This document shows positions 1 through 12,062 of a stretch of DNA of 64,000 nucleotides, one piece after another; positions within the stretch are counted from its first letter, which is position 1; each line of letters begins with the position of its first letter. The notes under the pieces are model-generated. The model was not told the origin of the DNA, ran no database searches, and worked only from the letters and a program-made list of their open reading frames with translations. Source of the DNA: Octopus vulgaris (Eukaryota); contig OX597817.1 in NCBI GenBank assembly GCA_951406725.2, positions 2,666,001-2,730,000 on the forward strand, read 5' to 3'. The position numbers and the translations under genes are program-made.

Positions 1-105
1 TAACTAGTGGATTATTTCTCGTTTGCGTAACCACTACTTCCGAGGTTCTGATAGTTATGAAACATATGTAGCCTCGATTTTATCTACACCATTCCCTAAT
101 TTGGG

Positions 106-342
<237 letters not shown>

Positions 343-451
343 CATATACATACCGGAGTAAACACATAAATGTGAAACAAGGTGGAAAAAAGAGTACTCA
401 AATACCAGTGGTAGAGTAATATGCTTTATTTTAAGCAGCAGAAAATTCAAC

Positions 452-498
452 AAAATCTGTTACTCTGAGTTTCTCGTTGCTGTTCATCAGACAGTTTT
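452..498 (-). ncRNA. Type I hammerhead ribozyme (minus-arm copy)
   Basis: Reverse complement reads aaaactgt-CTGATGA-acagcaacga-GAAA-ctcaga-GTA-acagatttt. Confidence 0.65.
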
Positions 499-1924
499 TG
501 CTAGAATGGAACTGATATATCAATTCAATCTAGACTCTTACAAATGCTACACCTTTAAAAAGAAATGGACTTGTTTGATTGGCCCTTTAGAAAAAACCGT
601 CAATCTTCGAGCGATAAACAAAAAGGTCAAAAATATATGTATATATATATATATATATATAAAAACTTATAAAAATTATAAAATCCGAGGAAAAAACCTT
701 ACATTGAATAAAATACATATTGACGTTAATGAAGAAAGTATAAATTAATGCATAAAAATTAAACCTGTTATAAATATTACACTGCAATACATATTTATAT
801 TAAAATGTACATATATTCACGCAAACCATCTCGCACGCAAGTTAAAAATCATCTATGTAGCGATTCTCATATACTGAGCAAGGGGGGGGGGGCGAAAGAA
901 AGGAAGAGAGAGAAAAAGGAACGAAGGAGGAGTGGGGAAAAAAACGAAATAAGAAAAAATTATGCATACAAGCTGTGTAACGGCATTATTGGCATATATG
1001 GAGACAAGTATACAAACACAAGTTCGAATGGATACATATACATACAGTCGTGTATATGTGTGCTTAAGTACAAACATACTCTCACTTACACATACACAGA
1101 TACGCATGCTTACAAATACATATCCTTGGCTATACACATACTTATATCAACATTCTAATTTTGACAACATTGCTTTTTTAAAAAAAACATTGCTTTTTTT
1201 TAAAAAATGGGTGCATTAATAAAAATATATACGAAAGACATATAAAATAAAATATAACACCCTATTTTGGATCATTTATAAATAATCAAGGTAATATAAA
1301 TAATCAAGGTAATCCTATACAATACAATAAAATGAAAACAAGGTCGAAGGTTTTTCCTAATGTATATGTAGAAACATAAGACTTTGCTATACGGATTAAG
1401 ATCCGCATCGCTTGGAAACAAAATCCATCGTAGCGCTCATCGTTCAAGAGTCAAAATCAGTATATGAGAATCGCTACATAGATGATTTTTAGCTTGCGTG
1501 CGAGATGGTTTGCGTGAATATATGTACACATGCATTTATGTGTATATTTAGATTTATATTCATACGTTTGTATATGTATGGCGTTTGCGCGCATCCTTTT
1601 GTGTATGTTGATATATATATGTACATTTTAATATAAATATGTATTGCAGTGTAATATTTATAACAGGTTTAATTTTTATGCATTAATTTATACTTTCTTC
1701 ATTAACGTCAATATGTATTTTATTCAATGTAAGGTTTTTTCCTCGGATTTTATAATTTTTATAAGTTTTTATATATATATATATACATATATTTTTGACC
1801 TTTTTGTTTATCGCTCGAAGATTGACCGTTTTTTCTAAAGGGCCAATCAAACAAGTCCATTTCTTTAAAGGTGTAGCGTTTGTAAGAGTCTAGATTGAAT
1901 TGATATATCGGTTCCATTCTAGCA

Positions 1925-1971
1925 AAAACTGTCTGATGAACGGCAACGAGAAACTCAGAGTAACAGATTTT
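1925..1971 (+). ncRNA. Type I hammerhead ribozyme
   Basis: ctgt-CTGATGA(1933)-acggcaacga-GAAA(1950)-ctcaga-GTA(1960-1962)-acag; stem I ctgt/acag; stem III actc/gagt; short imperfect stem II. Confidence 0.75.
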
Positions 1972-2329
1972 GTTGAATTTTCTGCTGCTTAAAATAAAGT
2001 ATACATATACATATATATATATATTTACAGAAAATGCACACACAGACGGGCACAAGCACACACACACCCATATCACACACATCCTATCTATGTTGAGAAA
2101 TTTCGATAGTAAAACTAATGTGCACATGCTTTCGTGCATATATGCATACAGTGTGTATTTGCATACGTTTATACGTGCATAGTTTCATTATACCTACCTA
2201 CCTACATACATACATAAATACATACATACCTACTTACATACATACATACATAAATACATACATACCTACTTACATACATACATACATACATAAATAGACC
2301 TTACCAAAGGCAGAATGGAATAGGAAGAA

Positions 2330-2720
2330 TCCAATATAGAATACTTGTGGAACATTTTATAAGAATTAGCCAGTACATCAGGCCAGATATAGGTGTATAG
2401 GACATGGTGCAGAAATCCTGTACTCTTGTAGAGATTATTGCCCAGTGGATGTGAATGTTTCGTCAAAAATTGAGAAAAAGATCAGCTGTTGAGAAAAGAC
2501 GAGAAACCTACACCTCTTTCATCTGAGTTAAAGATTTTCATATTTCGCTAGTTTCGTAAGTGTACTGGGCGTTGTAACAACAGATCTGCTTAGAAATCTA
2601 AAAATATTCGGATTCTCTGAAAAGAGTAACACCGTCGATTGTTTTGCGTTCTTCAGATGTAATCGATGTGTGACGTAGTGTAAATTTAGATAACATTTTA
2701 GGTATTTTTGTTTGAGGTTT
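2330..2720 (+). pseudogene. Decayed restriction-like endonuclease domain of an R4/Dong/R2-type non-LTR retrotransposon
   Basis: Hand translation across stops and frameshifts: RPDIGV*DMVQKSCTLVEI..CPVDVNV..., then VSVLGVVTTDLLRNLKIFG; fits the RPD..D...E..P PD-(D/E)xK pattern and the downstream GxLG-like motif. Confidence 0.65.
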
Positions 2721-2984
2721 CTGGGTGAAGATATGCAATATTTACACACATATGTGTGTGGGAGTGTGTGCGCATGTGTATATACATCTCTTTCTCATTT
2801 TCTCTCTCTCTCTCTCTGTATATATATATATATCGATACACAGACGCATACGCATACACAAACCCATATGGAATACATATGCATGACTACACATAAAAAA
2901 TAATGAAACAAAGAAACACACACACACACACACACACACGCGTGCGCACATACACACACACATACACATGCACACATATAGACG

Positions 2985-3260
2985 TTGGCGTGAAAATGTG
3001 GTAAGAAGATTGCTTCCCAACTACATGGGACTTTGGGCGACTGACTTCTATAACTTCGGGCAGACAAATCTTAATGAGTGGATTTGGTAGACGGAAACGG
3101 AAAGAAGCCCATCGTGTATACACACACACACACATATATATATACATATCTGTATGTGTGTGTGTGTGTTTATCTCCCACCACTTCTTTGCAACCCGTGA
3201 TTGCATGTTTACATCCTTATAACTTTGCAGTTCGGCAAAAGAACCGATGGAATAAACCCA
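2985..3260 (+). mobile_element. tRNA-derived SINE family C (degenerate)
   Basis: gtggtaagaagattgcttcccaac head and gagtggatttggtagacggaaac body, shared with copies at 31858, 37012 and 55483. Confidence 0.7.
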
Positions 3261-3279
3261 CAGCTCAAAAATATAAAAA

Positions 3280-4140
3280 GAAAAATTGGTGGACGCTCTA
3301 TCTTATGGTATATACCCCACTTCTCACTAAATGTTAAGAACTTAGCTAAATCCTTCTTTAATATACTGAACTCCAGCTTCCTTCGTCATCATAAATATTA
3401 CTCTATCTTTAATAGATCCACCTTGAAGCTGTCCTATTCCGCCCCACCCAACTTCCAGTCTGCCTCTAATAAACAAAAGCTTTTTCTCTACTATCAAAAC
3501 TCACTCTATAACAATTCTAAATACACGAGCGCCCAACATGTACAAAGTTCCAGCATTGAACCCCATATGTTAGACCCCAACCATACCCCAACCTATCCTG
3601 CTATAACTACCCAGAATACTACCACAACTTCCAACACTCTTACAAATTGAATAATTAACAACAACTTAGACCTTTCTTTCCCCATCCCTAACCTCTCCTC
3701 TGACAGCATTACATCCTCCATTCTCAAAATACACCCATGTGTAACTGTCGTCCAGGGTCCATCTGCCCTCTACAAACCCATCGTAGAAGATCTAATGTAA
3801 TTTATAAATGCACCGTCCTCAACACATTACACAATTCTACAGTTATATATAAGTCAACCATAAATTTTAAACCGCGATATACCGCACATCTCAATTCTTT
3901 TAGATACGAAAAACGCAGTAAATCCACAACAATCGCCAGTCACATATATCACCTCGAAAACAGAAATATCCCCTAAACTTTATCATAGTCCATAATAGAT
4001 TCAGTCAATGCTTAGCCTGTAAGTTGCACCTTAAGGAGGACCTCATTATATTTGTTTAGTACCTTCAACTTTTACCACAAATCTAAATGCAGCCTAAATA
4101 AACACACAGTGTATATCCACAACAAATCTACTTATTTCCA
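3280..4140 (+). pseudogene. Penelope-like element (Neptune-like) RT-EN linker and GIY-YIG endonuclease remnant
   Basis: ORF 3201-3650: WYIPHFSLNVKNLAKSF...HHKYYSIFNRSTLKLSYSAPPN. ORF 3737-3976: CNCR....CPL...NVIYKCTV...FKPRYTAHLNSFR...TTIASHIYHL. A downstream CKLHLKEDLII follows. These match PLE linker, Cys-motif and GIY-YIG patterns. Confidence 0.85.
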
Positions 4141-4360
4141 TTTTAATTTTTAATCATTAATTCATTTCCCATCTTACTTAAAGGATCAAATTCATTTAAT
4201 ACTACATATATGAACATACAAGCGGATACATGTGCGTGCGTGCAAATGAGTGTACAGGCATTTTATATATGTACATATTTGTATGTGGGTATATATATTT
4301 GTATGTATGTATTTATGTATGTATGTATGTATGTATCTATCTATCTATTGATATATATTT

Positions 4361-4425
<65 letters not shown>

Positions 4426-5515
4426 TGTGTCTGTATGTGTACGGGCATATATATATATACAAATATATATATGAATGATCATGTATATGAGTATATAAGT
4501 ATACGTAAGTACCTGTATGCGCGCATGCGGATGAACCTGCTCGCATGTATGTGCATGTGCATGTATATATACATGTATGCGCACGCATATGCGTGTATGA
4601 ATACATTTACGGATGCGCGTGGGCATGCATGTATATAGATGCATGTGTTTTGTAGGCGTATTTATATGTCTGTTTATATATGTGTGTGTGTGCTTATATG
4701 CATGTATACATATTCTCACATACATACGTATGTGAGTGCATGCATAGGTATGTCATTATACCTTCTTTCCCCCTCTCTGATCACTAACCTATCACTAACC
4801 TATCGCATACGTCTATTTATAGTAATTTGATATCCTTGTATTCTTCCCTCCACTTAAAGTTTTACTACCAAAATTTCTACTCACTTCGGTATCACCCCAC
4901 CCATACCTTCTCTCAACCTTTTCTCTACCCATCACTTACTGCAACACTATCATATCACCCCTACTTACACATATCACAATCTTTTACTCCTTACCTTCTC
5001 ATCTCTTCCTATCTCCCTACACTTCTCCCATCCTGCCATTACACTATCGTGGCCACCACTTAACACACCTTTTCTCACTTATTTCACCCATTCTTCACAT
5101 TTTTCTTCACTCTTTTCACTTTTTGTTTTTCCTCTTTCCTTTTTTTCTTTTTTCTCCATTTCTTCCTCTCATTTTCTCTTCTTGCTTTATATTCGACCTA
5201 TCTCCTCTTTCTAATCATTCACATCTGTCTTTCCCCCATCTATTCACAAATATGCCAATACATTTTCAAATTTTCATTCACACCACAAAACACTTTCGAA
5301 CGAGCGTCACTGATTCCACAGCTCCCTACTTTAAAATGACGAAACATGAACTGCTATTGGTGGTTACATACCATGTACAGGAAACCTCTTTGCACCATTA
5401 TCCTGGAATAATGGAACTGCAACTAGAGTGACTTTATATATCTTATTTCTACTTTCATTCTCTTATTTCCCTCTATATTCCCTATTTCCTCCTTTTCCCC
5501 AATCGAACTCAAATA

Positions 5516-5558
5516 TTGTCTCATGAAGGGTTATGAATAATATCCCAGCTGTAAGACT
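5516..5558 (+). ncRNA. Degenerate hammerhead remnant downstream of the PLE ORF
   Basis: gtct-catgaa-ggg...ccc-agctGTA-agac: stems I and II retained, core nucleotides deleted. Confidence 0.35.
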
Positions 5559-5616
5559 ATTTTATTATAAATGTCCTCAAAACTCCTCACAGCCTTGGTT
5601 TTGTTATCTCATTCTG

Positions 5617-5657
<41 letters not shown>

Positions 5658-5673
5658 CATGCATATATACATA

Positions 5674-5989
5674 TGAAATTAACGTGTAAGTGGCTGAGCA
5701 CTCCACAGACACGTGTACCCTTAACGTAGTTCTCGGGGATATTCAGCGTGACACAGAGTGTGACAAGGCTGGCCCTTTGAAATACAGGTACAACAGAAAC
5801 AGGAAATAAGAGTGAGAGAAAGTTGTGGTGAAAGAGTACAGCAAGGATCACCACCATCCCCTGCCGGAGCCTCGTGGAGCTTTAGGTGTTTTCGCTCAAT
5901 AAACACTCACAATGCCCGGTCTGGGAATCGAAACCGCGATCCTATGACCGCGAGTCCGCTGCCCTAACCACTGGGCCATTGCGCCTCCA
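5674..5989 (-). mobile_element. tRNA-derived SINE family B
   Basis: Reverse-complement head ggaggcgcaatggcccagtggttagggcagcggactcgcgg...ggtttcgattccc (A and B boxes); near-identical to 46961-47343 and 31320-31695. Confidence 0.9.
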
Positions 5990-6018
5990 CATATATATAC
6001 ACATATAAATATATACAT

Positions 6019-6052
<34 letters not shown>

Positions 6053-6177
6053 ACACACACGCCCACACATATATATATATATGTATTATATATATATATA
6101 CATATATGTATACAGACATATATATATACATATATAGGTATGTGTGTGTGTAGATGTGTTTAAGAACTAATATATTC

Positions 6178-6721
6178 TTAAGTTTGGCAGAACGGAGCAG
6201 GCTGGTTCGCTGGTTTAATCGGTAATACACTTACTTACATCAACAAAGGGATGTGGGATCGAGTCCCACGCGTACGGGAAAGCTATCTTTTTTTCTGTCG
6301 AGGGCTTATATGCCTCATTATTAGACTATTTTTCCTTGGTTATTTGCACGGTGATCGCTTTAAGCTTATAAAGAAATACCATTATTATTATTTACAGAAT
6401 TGTAAAACTCGACACCGCTTAAGAAAACCATTCTCACTGAAACCATATAAAGTTTGTATAAAAACAACTGCAAATTAGTTCTTAAGTTTGACAGAAAGGA
6501 TCCGGCTGGTTCGGTGGTGTAACCGGTAACAAACTTAGTCGCGTTAACGAAGTGATGGGTGTTCGAGTCTCATGCTTCCGGGAAAGCCTACTTTTTTCTG
6601 TCGCAGTCTTATATGCCCCATTATTAGACTATTTTCCTTTTCCATGGTGATCAATAATAAATTACTATTATTATTATTTACAGAATCGTAAAACGCGACA
6701 CCTTTTAAAAAACCATTCGCA

Positions 6722-6722
<1 letters not shown>
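6178..6722 (+). repeat. Diverged ~300-bp tandem duplication with a tRNA-like Pol III unit
   Basis: Two units start ttcttaagtttg(g/a)caga; each has A-box-like tggt(t/g)taa(t/c)cgg, B-box-like g(a/t)tcgagtc and a T6-7 run. Confidence 0.7.
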
Positions 6723-6759
<37 letters not shown>

Positions 6760-7150
6760 GCATATATGTGTAGAGTGAGAGCGAGAGAGAGAAAAAGACA
6801 GATGTATGCATTTATGGGGGTAGAGATGGTGAGTGAAAAAAATGTGATAAGAATGTAATAGAGTTTGCAAATTTGCTGTACTTAGGAGAATGTCGTGTGA
6901 TTGTGTGTGTATGCGCGCGCGTGTGTTTGTGCACGTGTCTGTGTATGTGTGTTCATAACATACTCACATATTTGATATATCGATCACATTCCTTTGATGT
7001 GTGATGGAAACTAAAAATATGTAAACCCCCTACATATCGGCTTGTCTGACTTTCATTGTCTCTCTATATCCTCTCTTAATACACGAACAGATATGATGTA
7101 TATATGTGGTTGTATATATATATATATACATATATGTATATATGTGGTTG

Positions 7151-7193
<43 letters not shown>

Positions 7194-7198
<5 letters not shown>

Positions 7199-7432
7199 TA
7201 ATCCAAACAAGAAAGCACAAAAAAACACAACAACGCGTGGACGTGGAACAAATATAGTATTATCGGACGCTCAGGAAAGAAGGAAAGGAGGAGAGTTTAA
7301 CGTTTCGAGCGGAAACGTTAAACCCTCCTTCGTCGGAAACATAGGAGAAAGAAAGATCCAGAGAAGGTAAGACAGGGGGGAAAAAATCGCGAACGGTACA
7401 CACGAGGTCACTATTTGAAAGACTGGAAGGAA
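7194..7432 (-). mobile_element. Penelope-like terminal fragment with rearranged hammerhead (7295-7340)
   Basis: Reverse complement gttt-CCGACGA-...gctc-GAAA-c-GTT-aaac; palindromic aacgtt; TA tracts on both sides. Confidence 0.55.
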
Positions 7433-7742
7433 CATATATATATATATTCATATATATTATATTCTGCACTCAAGCATGCATTACCAATCCTTGTTCCACC
7501 ATTTTCTCTCTCTTACTCCATATCCCTATCACCTCTTTTTCCCTTTCCATTTTTCTCGCTATAGATATTCTGCCCCTTCGCGCCGCATCATCTCGTCTAG
7601 TTGACGACACAATCTAGCCCGACTATACATATATAAAGTGTAAACTTCCATTTGTATATATTTTGATAAATCTCAACAGGAGATATTAAATGCATTCAAA
7701 AAAGCATTACAATGTTTGTCTTCATTATCACATACATATATA

Positions 7743-7960
7743 TGGCGGCGAGCTGGTAGAAGCGTTACTATGCCGGGGAAAATGCTTAGCGGCATTTCGT
7801 CAGTCTTTACGTTCTGAGTTCAAATTCTGCCAAGGTTGACTTTGCCTTTCATCCTTTGTGGGGTCGATAAAATAAGTACTAGTAGAGTACTGAAGTTTAT
7901 GTTATAGACTAAGCCTCCTCCTACGAACTTTCTGGCTGTATGCCAAAATTTGAAACCATT
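7743..7960 (+). mobile_element. tRNA-derived SINE family A (Deu/Nin-like central domain)
   Basis: ggcggcgagctgg head, B box gagttcaaattc, gactttgcctttcatcc..gtcgataaa..aagtac core; many copies in the window. Confidence 0.85.
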
Positions 7961-7962
7961 AT

Positions 7963-7994
<32 letters not shown>

Positions 7995-8373
7995 TGTATG
8001 TATGTATGTATGTATGTATGTATGTATGTATGTATGTATGCAAATGTTCGAGTGGAAGTTTGTATATGAGTGTGATCACTATGCTTAGATAGTTGTTTAT
8101 GTGTCCGTCTATCAATCACTCTCTCTCTCTCTCTCTTTCTCTCTCTCCATACGTGTGTGTCTTCATAACCTACAAGACATTTCTTTCTCATAAGGCCGGT
8201 CACGCTCGAATCTAGCGATTTGAGTAGAAGACTTGATCGTGCTATTTACATTACGAACTTAATAATTACCCTTTTAATGAAATATACTTATGATGATTTA
8301 ACTAAATACACGCAATCTAATATATATTCACATCGTAGGATTTTTTAAATCTCATTCTGTTAATTGATGTGTG

Positions 8374-8414
<41 letters not shown>

Positions 8415-8474
8415 ATAAAATATATAATATATGTATATATATAAATTAACAGAATGAGATAAAAAAATCCAAGG

Positions 8475-8515
<41 letters not shown>

Positions 8516-8880
8516 TTATAAAATGAGATAGGGGTTGAAAATTCAACCCACCATGGGATAATATATATCCAATATACTGCCAGATAGGTACCCAACAAGA
8601 TTAATACATAGATGTTAAAAATTGTCAAACAATCAGTTCATCTATTGTATTATATGGGTAAAGGTAATAATATTACCGTAAATTAATACTACAAAATTAG
8701 AGAATGGAGAAACATACTTAAATCAATAAAACATCAACCATCCGATGATACCCAATCAATACTTTAATACACCATTACATATGAGTAAAGGCATTATACA
8801 AAATGAGATATACAGTAATAGTAAAAAGATAAAGAGATATAAGTAAAAAATTTCAAATATAATATGCAATTAAATCAAAA

Positions 8881-8988
8881 CTGACAGCTGTTTCGGCAGT
8901 GAGGGCAGTCATACCTCATTTAACCTATAAGCCATAAAGGCAGGTATAAATGAGGCATTAACAAGGATGCCCCACGGCCTCTTCAGAG
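8881..8988 (-). ncRNA. Hammerhead ribozyme with extended stem II (minus-arm copy)
   Basis: Mirror of 9045-9152. Confidence 0.65.
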
Positions 8989-9044
8989 AATTAAATTAAA
9001 TTTGTTATAATATTTTTCACTATTATAACAAATTTAATTTAATT

Positions 9045-9152
9045 CTCTGAAGAGGCCGTGGGGCATCCTTGTTAATGCCTCATTTATACCTGCCTTTATG
9101 GCTTATAGGTTAAATGAGGTATGACTGCCCTCACTGCCGAAACAGCTGTCAG
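9045..9152 (+). ncRNA. Hammerhead ribozyme with extended stem II
   Basis: CTGAAGA(9047)-ggc...gcc-GAAA(9139)-cagct-GTC(9148-9150); palindromic acagctgt; weak stem I. Confidence 0.65.
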
Positions 9153-9355
9153 TTTTGATTTAATTGCATATTATATTTGAAATTTTTTACTTATATCTCT
9201 TTATCTTTTTACTATTACTGTATATCTCATTACTCATATGTAATGGTGTATTAAAGTATTGATTGGGTATCATCGGATGGTTGATGTTTTATTGATTTAA
9301 GTATGTTTCTCCATTCTCTAATTTTGTAGTATTATATATATATATATATATATAT

Positions 9356-10134
9356 ATACCAATTAAGGACTGAACACGAAAAGTGGACAGTCAACATGCT
9401 AGATATAGACGTCAAATCGCCATTCTCCACAAAAAGTCTATGTTCTCAGATCAAACTCAACACAAAACTTTCCGCAAGGAGAAGTGCAAAATTTTCCGCA
9501 AGGAGAAGTGCAACCATCATCAGCATGGTCCCATATAAAATACAATTTTAATCTTCGGATTCTTTCTTTAATATGCTAGACCACTGGTTCTAATTGATAA
9601 ATATCAATTTTTACCCTAAATTTTAATTTTATATAAATATTTGTTCTCTAACCGATAAATTAACTGCTGCTAACTATTAGCTGCAGGCTAGTTTTCTCGG
9701 GTCTCATCGCGCCAAAAGTAGAGACATTTGAAATATATATTTCAAATGTAATAGGCCGTACTCCATGCACGCGATATTTCGGTATCGTGTTGGCATTTAG
9801 TATAGCAAATTACATTTTATATGGGACCATGCTGATGATGGTTGCACTTCTCCTTGCGGAAAATAACAACCGAAACTAAATTTAGTACATGGGTAAATAT
9901 TTATTTCGTATATTTTTCACTTGTTTATTGCTTTGGTTTTGTGTTGAGTTTGATCTGAGAACATAGACTTTTTGTGGAGAATGGCGATTTGACGTCTATA
10001 TCTAGCATGTTGACTGTCCACTTTTCGTGTTCAGTCCTTAATTGGTATATATAAATATTTTAATCTTCGGATTCTTTCTTTAATATGCTAGACCACTGGT
10101 TCTTATTGATAAATATAAATTTTTACCCTAAATT

Positions 10135-10145
<11 letters not shown>
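9356..10145. mobile_element. Penelope-like element with inverted and direct repeats
   Basis: 9356-9467 inverted at 9936-10049; 9491-9541 inverted at 9814-9863; direct repeat 9545-9635 / 10057-10146; TA flanks. Confidence 0.75.
9827..9892 (+). ncRNA. Type I hammerhead ribozyme (cleanest copy)
   Basis: ccatg-CTGATGA-t-ggttg...caacc-GAAA-ctaaattta-GTA-catgg; 5-bp stems I and II; 12-bp palindrome actaaatttagt as stem III. Confidence 0.88.
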
Positions 10146-10185
<40 letters not shown>

Positions 10186-10700
10186 TATGTATGTATGTAT
10201 ATATATATATAAACTCATTGCACACACGTACACTAACACACACGCAGGCACTCGCACACCACATACACAATTATAATGACCCTACCGTCACCATTACCTC
10301 TATTACTACCACTACTATTACAATCGACAACATCATTATCACCAGTTCCACCACTACTATTATCAAAACCACAACAACCATCATTACCACCATCAGGGCC
10401 ATTTCCAACTCCACCACAAGAACAGCAACAGCAAGAACAACGACTACCAACATCATCATCACCATGACCACCACCACCACGACGAGCTACAAAAGCGGCA
10501 ACAACAACTAGACAACAACAGTGACAATAATGGCTGTAGTCTTTGCAATTGCTATGGAGGAGTCGTTTTATATAGTAACGTCTCCACTGATTAAAATCGT
10601 CTGACAAAAACATCACTGTCGCCCCCACCTGAATAACCCCTCTCCCTATGTCTGTCTCTCTATCTCTATGTCCCGCTGTCTCTGTCTGTCTGTCTGTCTG

Positions 10701-10816
<116 letters not shown>

Positions 10817-10865
10817 GATATGTATATACATATACATATATATATATATATATGTATGTATATAC

Positions 10866-10943
<78 letters not shown>

Positions 10944-11237
10944 GCTTTCATATATTTATATATATATATATATATATGCATATATATACACATCTAACGA
11001 ATTAACATGAATGGCGATAGTTGAGAAATGAGCAAGAATGATTGATTGAAGTTCGCTAGAAATAGTTCCTATTGATTTCGTTCCAAGACTTCCACCACAC
11101 CACAACTAAACGAAAAGAACGGAAAAAAAAAAAGAAAATTAAAAACATTCCAGGAACAATGACAGCATCAACAACAACACAACCAAATACAAAAATGTAC
11201 ACGTCTAATGGTACTGCCACTGCTGCTGCTGCTGCTG

Positions 11238-11282
<45 letters not shown>

Positions 11283-11395
11283 GCACAACATTCCAAAACT
11301 CAAAAGCGTGCATGTCTCGACTCATAAACATTAATAATCGAATGATCCCCAAATTTGATCATATCTCTACGACACTTTAGAGGACGCACGTATAG

Positions 11396-11429
<34 letters not shown>

Positions 11430-11555
11430 TGTATGTATGTATGTATGTATGTATGTATGTATGTATGTATGTATGTATGTATGTATGTATACATTAGTTT
11501 TATTTTCGAAATTTCTCAACATTTATAGTTAGTATGTTGTGTGTTTGTGTGTGTT

Positions 11556-11600
<45 letters not shown>

Positions 11601-11605
<5 letters not shown>

Positions 11606-11870
11606 TTAGATAAAACTTAGATATGTTTCGACCAAAGATTGGTCCAGGCCATGTCTAACTTAATAGCACCACCTGATAGGATTATTCGAATCCTGTTTAA
11701 GTCAAGTTTTGTTCAAGTAGTGAGTTCTTGTTGGGTGAGTTGTATCCAATTATGTGTGGCTTATCTGGTATTCTTTCAAGGAATCTATCCAAGGGTTTTG
11801 TATGATTGTGTAAATAAGGATATATATTATTCAAAAGAATTCCAACTCTGTCTGTTTTTTATGTTTTATT
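11601..11870 (-). mobile_element. CR1/L2-group LINE 3' end fragment
   Basis: Reverse complement encodes LDRFLERIPDKPHIIGYNSPNKNSL, typical of the ORF2 C-terminus; ends in short tandem tail (aaaacttagat)x2. Confidence 0.6.
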
Positions 11871-11934
11871 TATATTCTTTATAATATTAATGTAGAATAT
11901 AGAATATATAGTATATATACATATATTCAGATTC

Positions 11935-12062
11935 TGCCTGTCAAAACCGCTTAAAAGGGAAAGACACTTGCCACAGGTTCCACCACGCAGTGGGACTGGA
12001 CCCAGAACCATGTGATCGGGAATCAAACTTCTAACCCTAACCACACAGCCACGTGTTTGCCT
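11935..12062 (-). mobile_element. SINE family C 5' fragment
   Basis: ccacgcagtgggactggacccagaaccatgtg...cacacagccacg. Confidence 0.6.

Larger units (their letters stand above)
350..2003. mobile_element. Non-autonomous Penelope-like element with inverted arms (423-877 vs 1457-1527 plus 1620-2000)
   Basis: Left arm is the reverse complement of the right arm (e.g. ctttattttaagcagcagaaaattcaac / gttgaattttctgctgcttaaaataaag); each arm has a hammerhead; TA-rich flanks. Confidence 0.75.
8513..9334. mobile_element. Fold-back Penelope-like element: ~320-bp near-perfect inverted repeat with 8-nt spacer
   Basis: 8684-9012 is the reverse complement of 9021-9334 apart from one ~15-bp indel; both arms have a hammerhead; TA tracts on both sides. 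Confidence 0.8.

Noticed and set aside
10191-10511. Thr-rich mucin-like ORF
   Set aside because: Degenerate (ACC/ACA/ACT)n simple repeat with no splice or codon evidence
11620-11660. GAAAC with hairpin gacca..tggtc as a hammerhead
   Set aside because: No CUGANGA; better explained as a LINE 3' stem-loop
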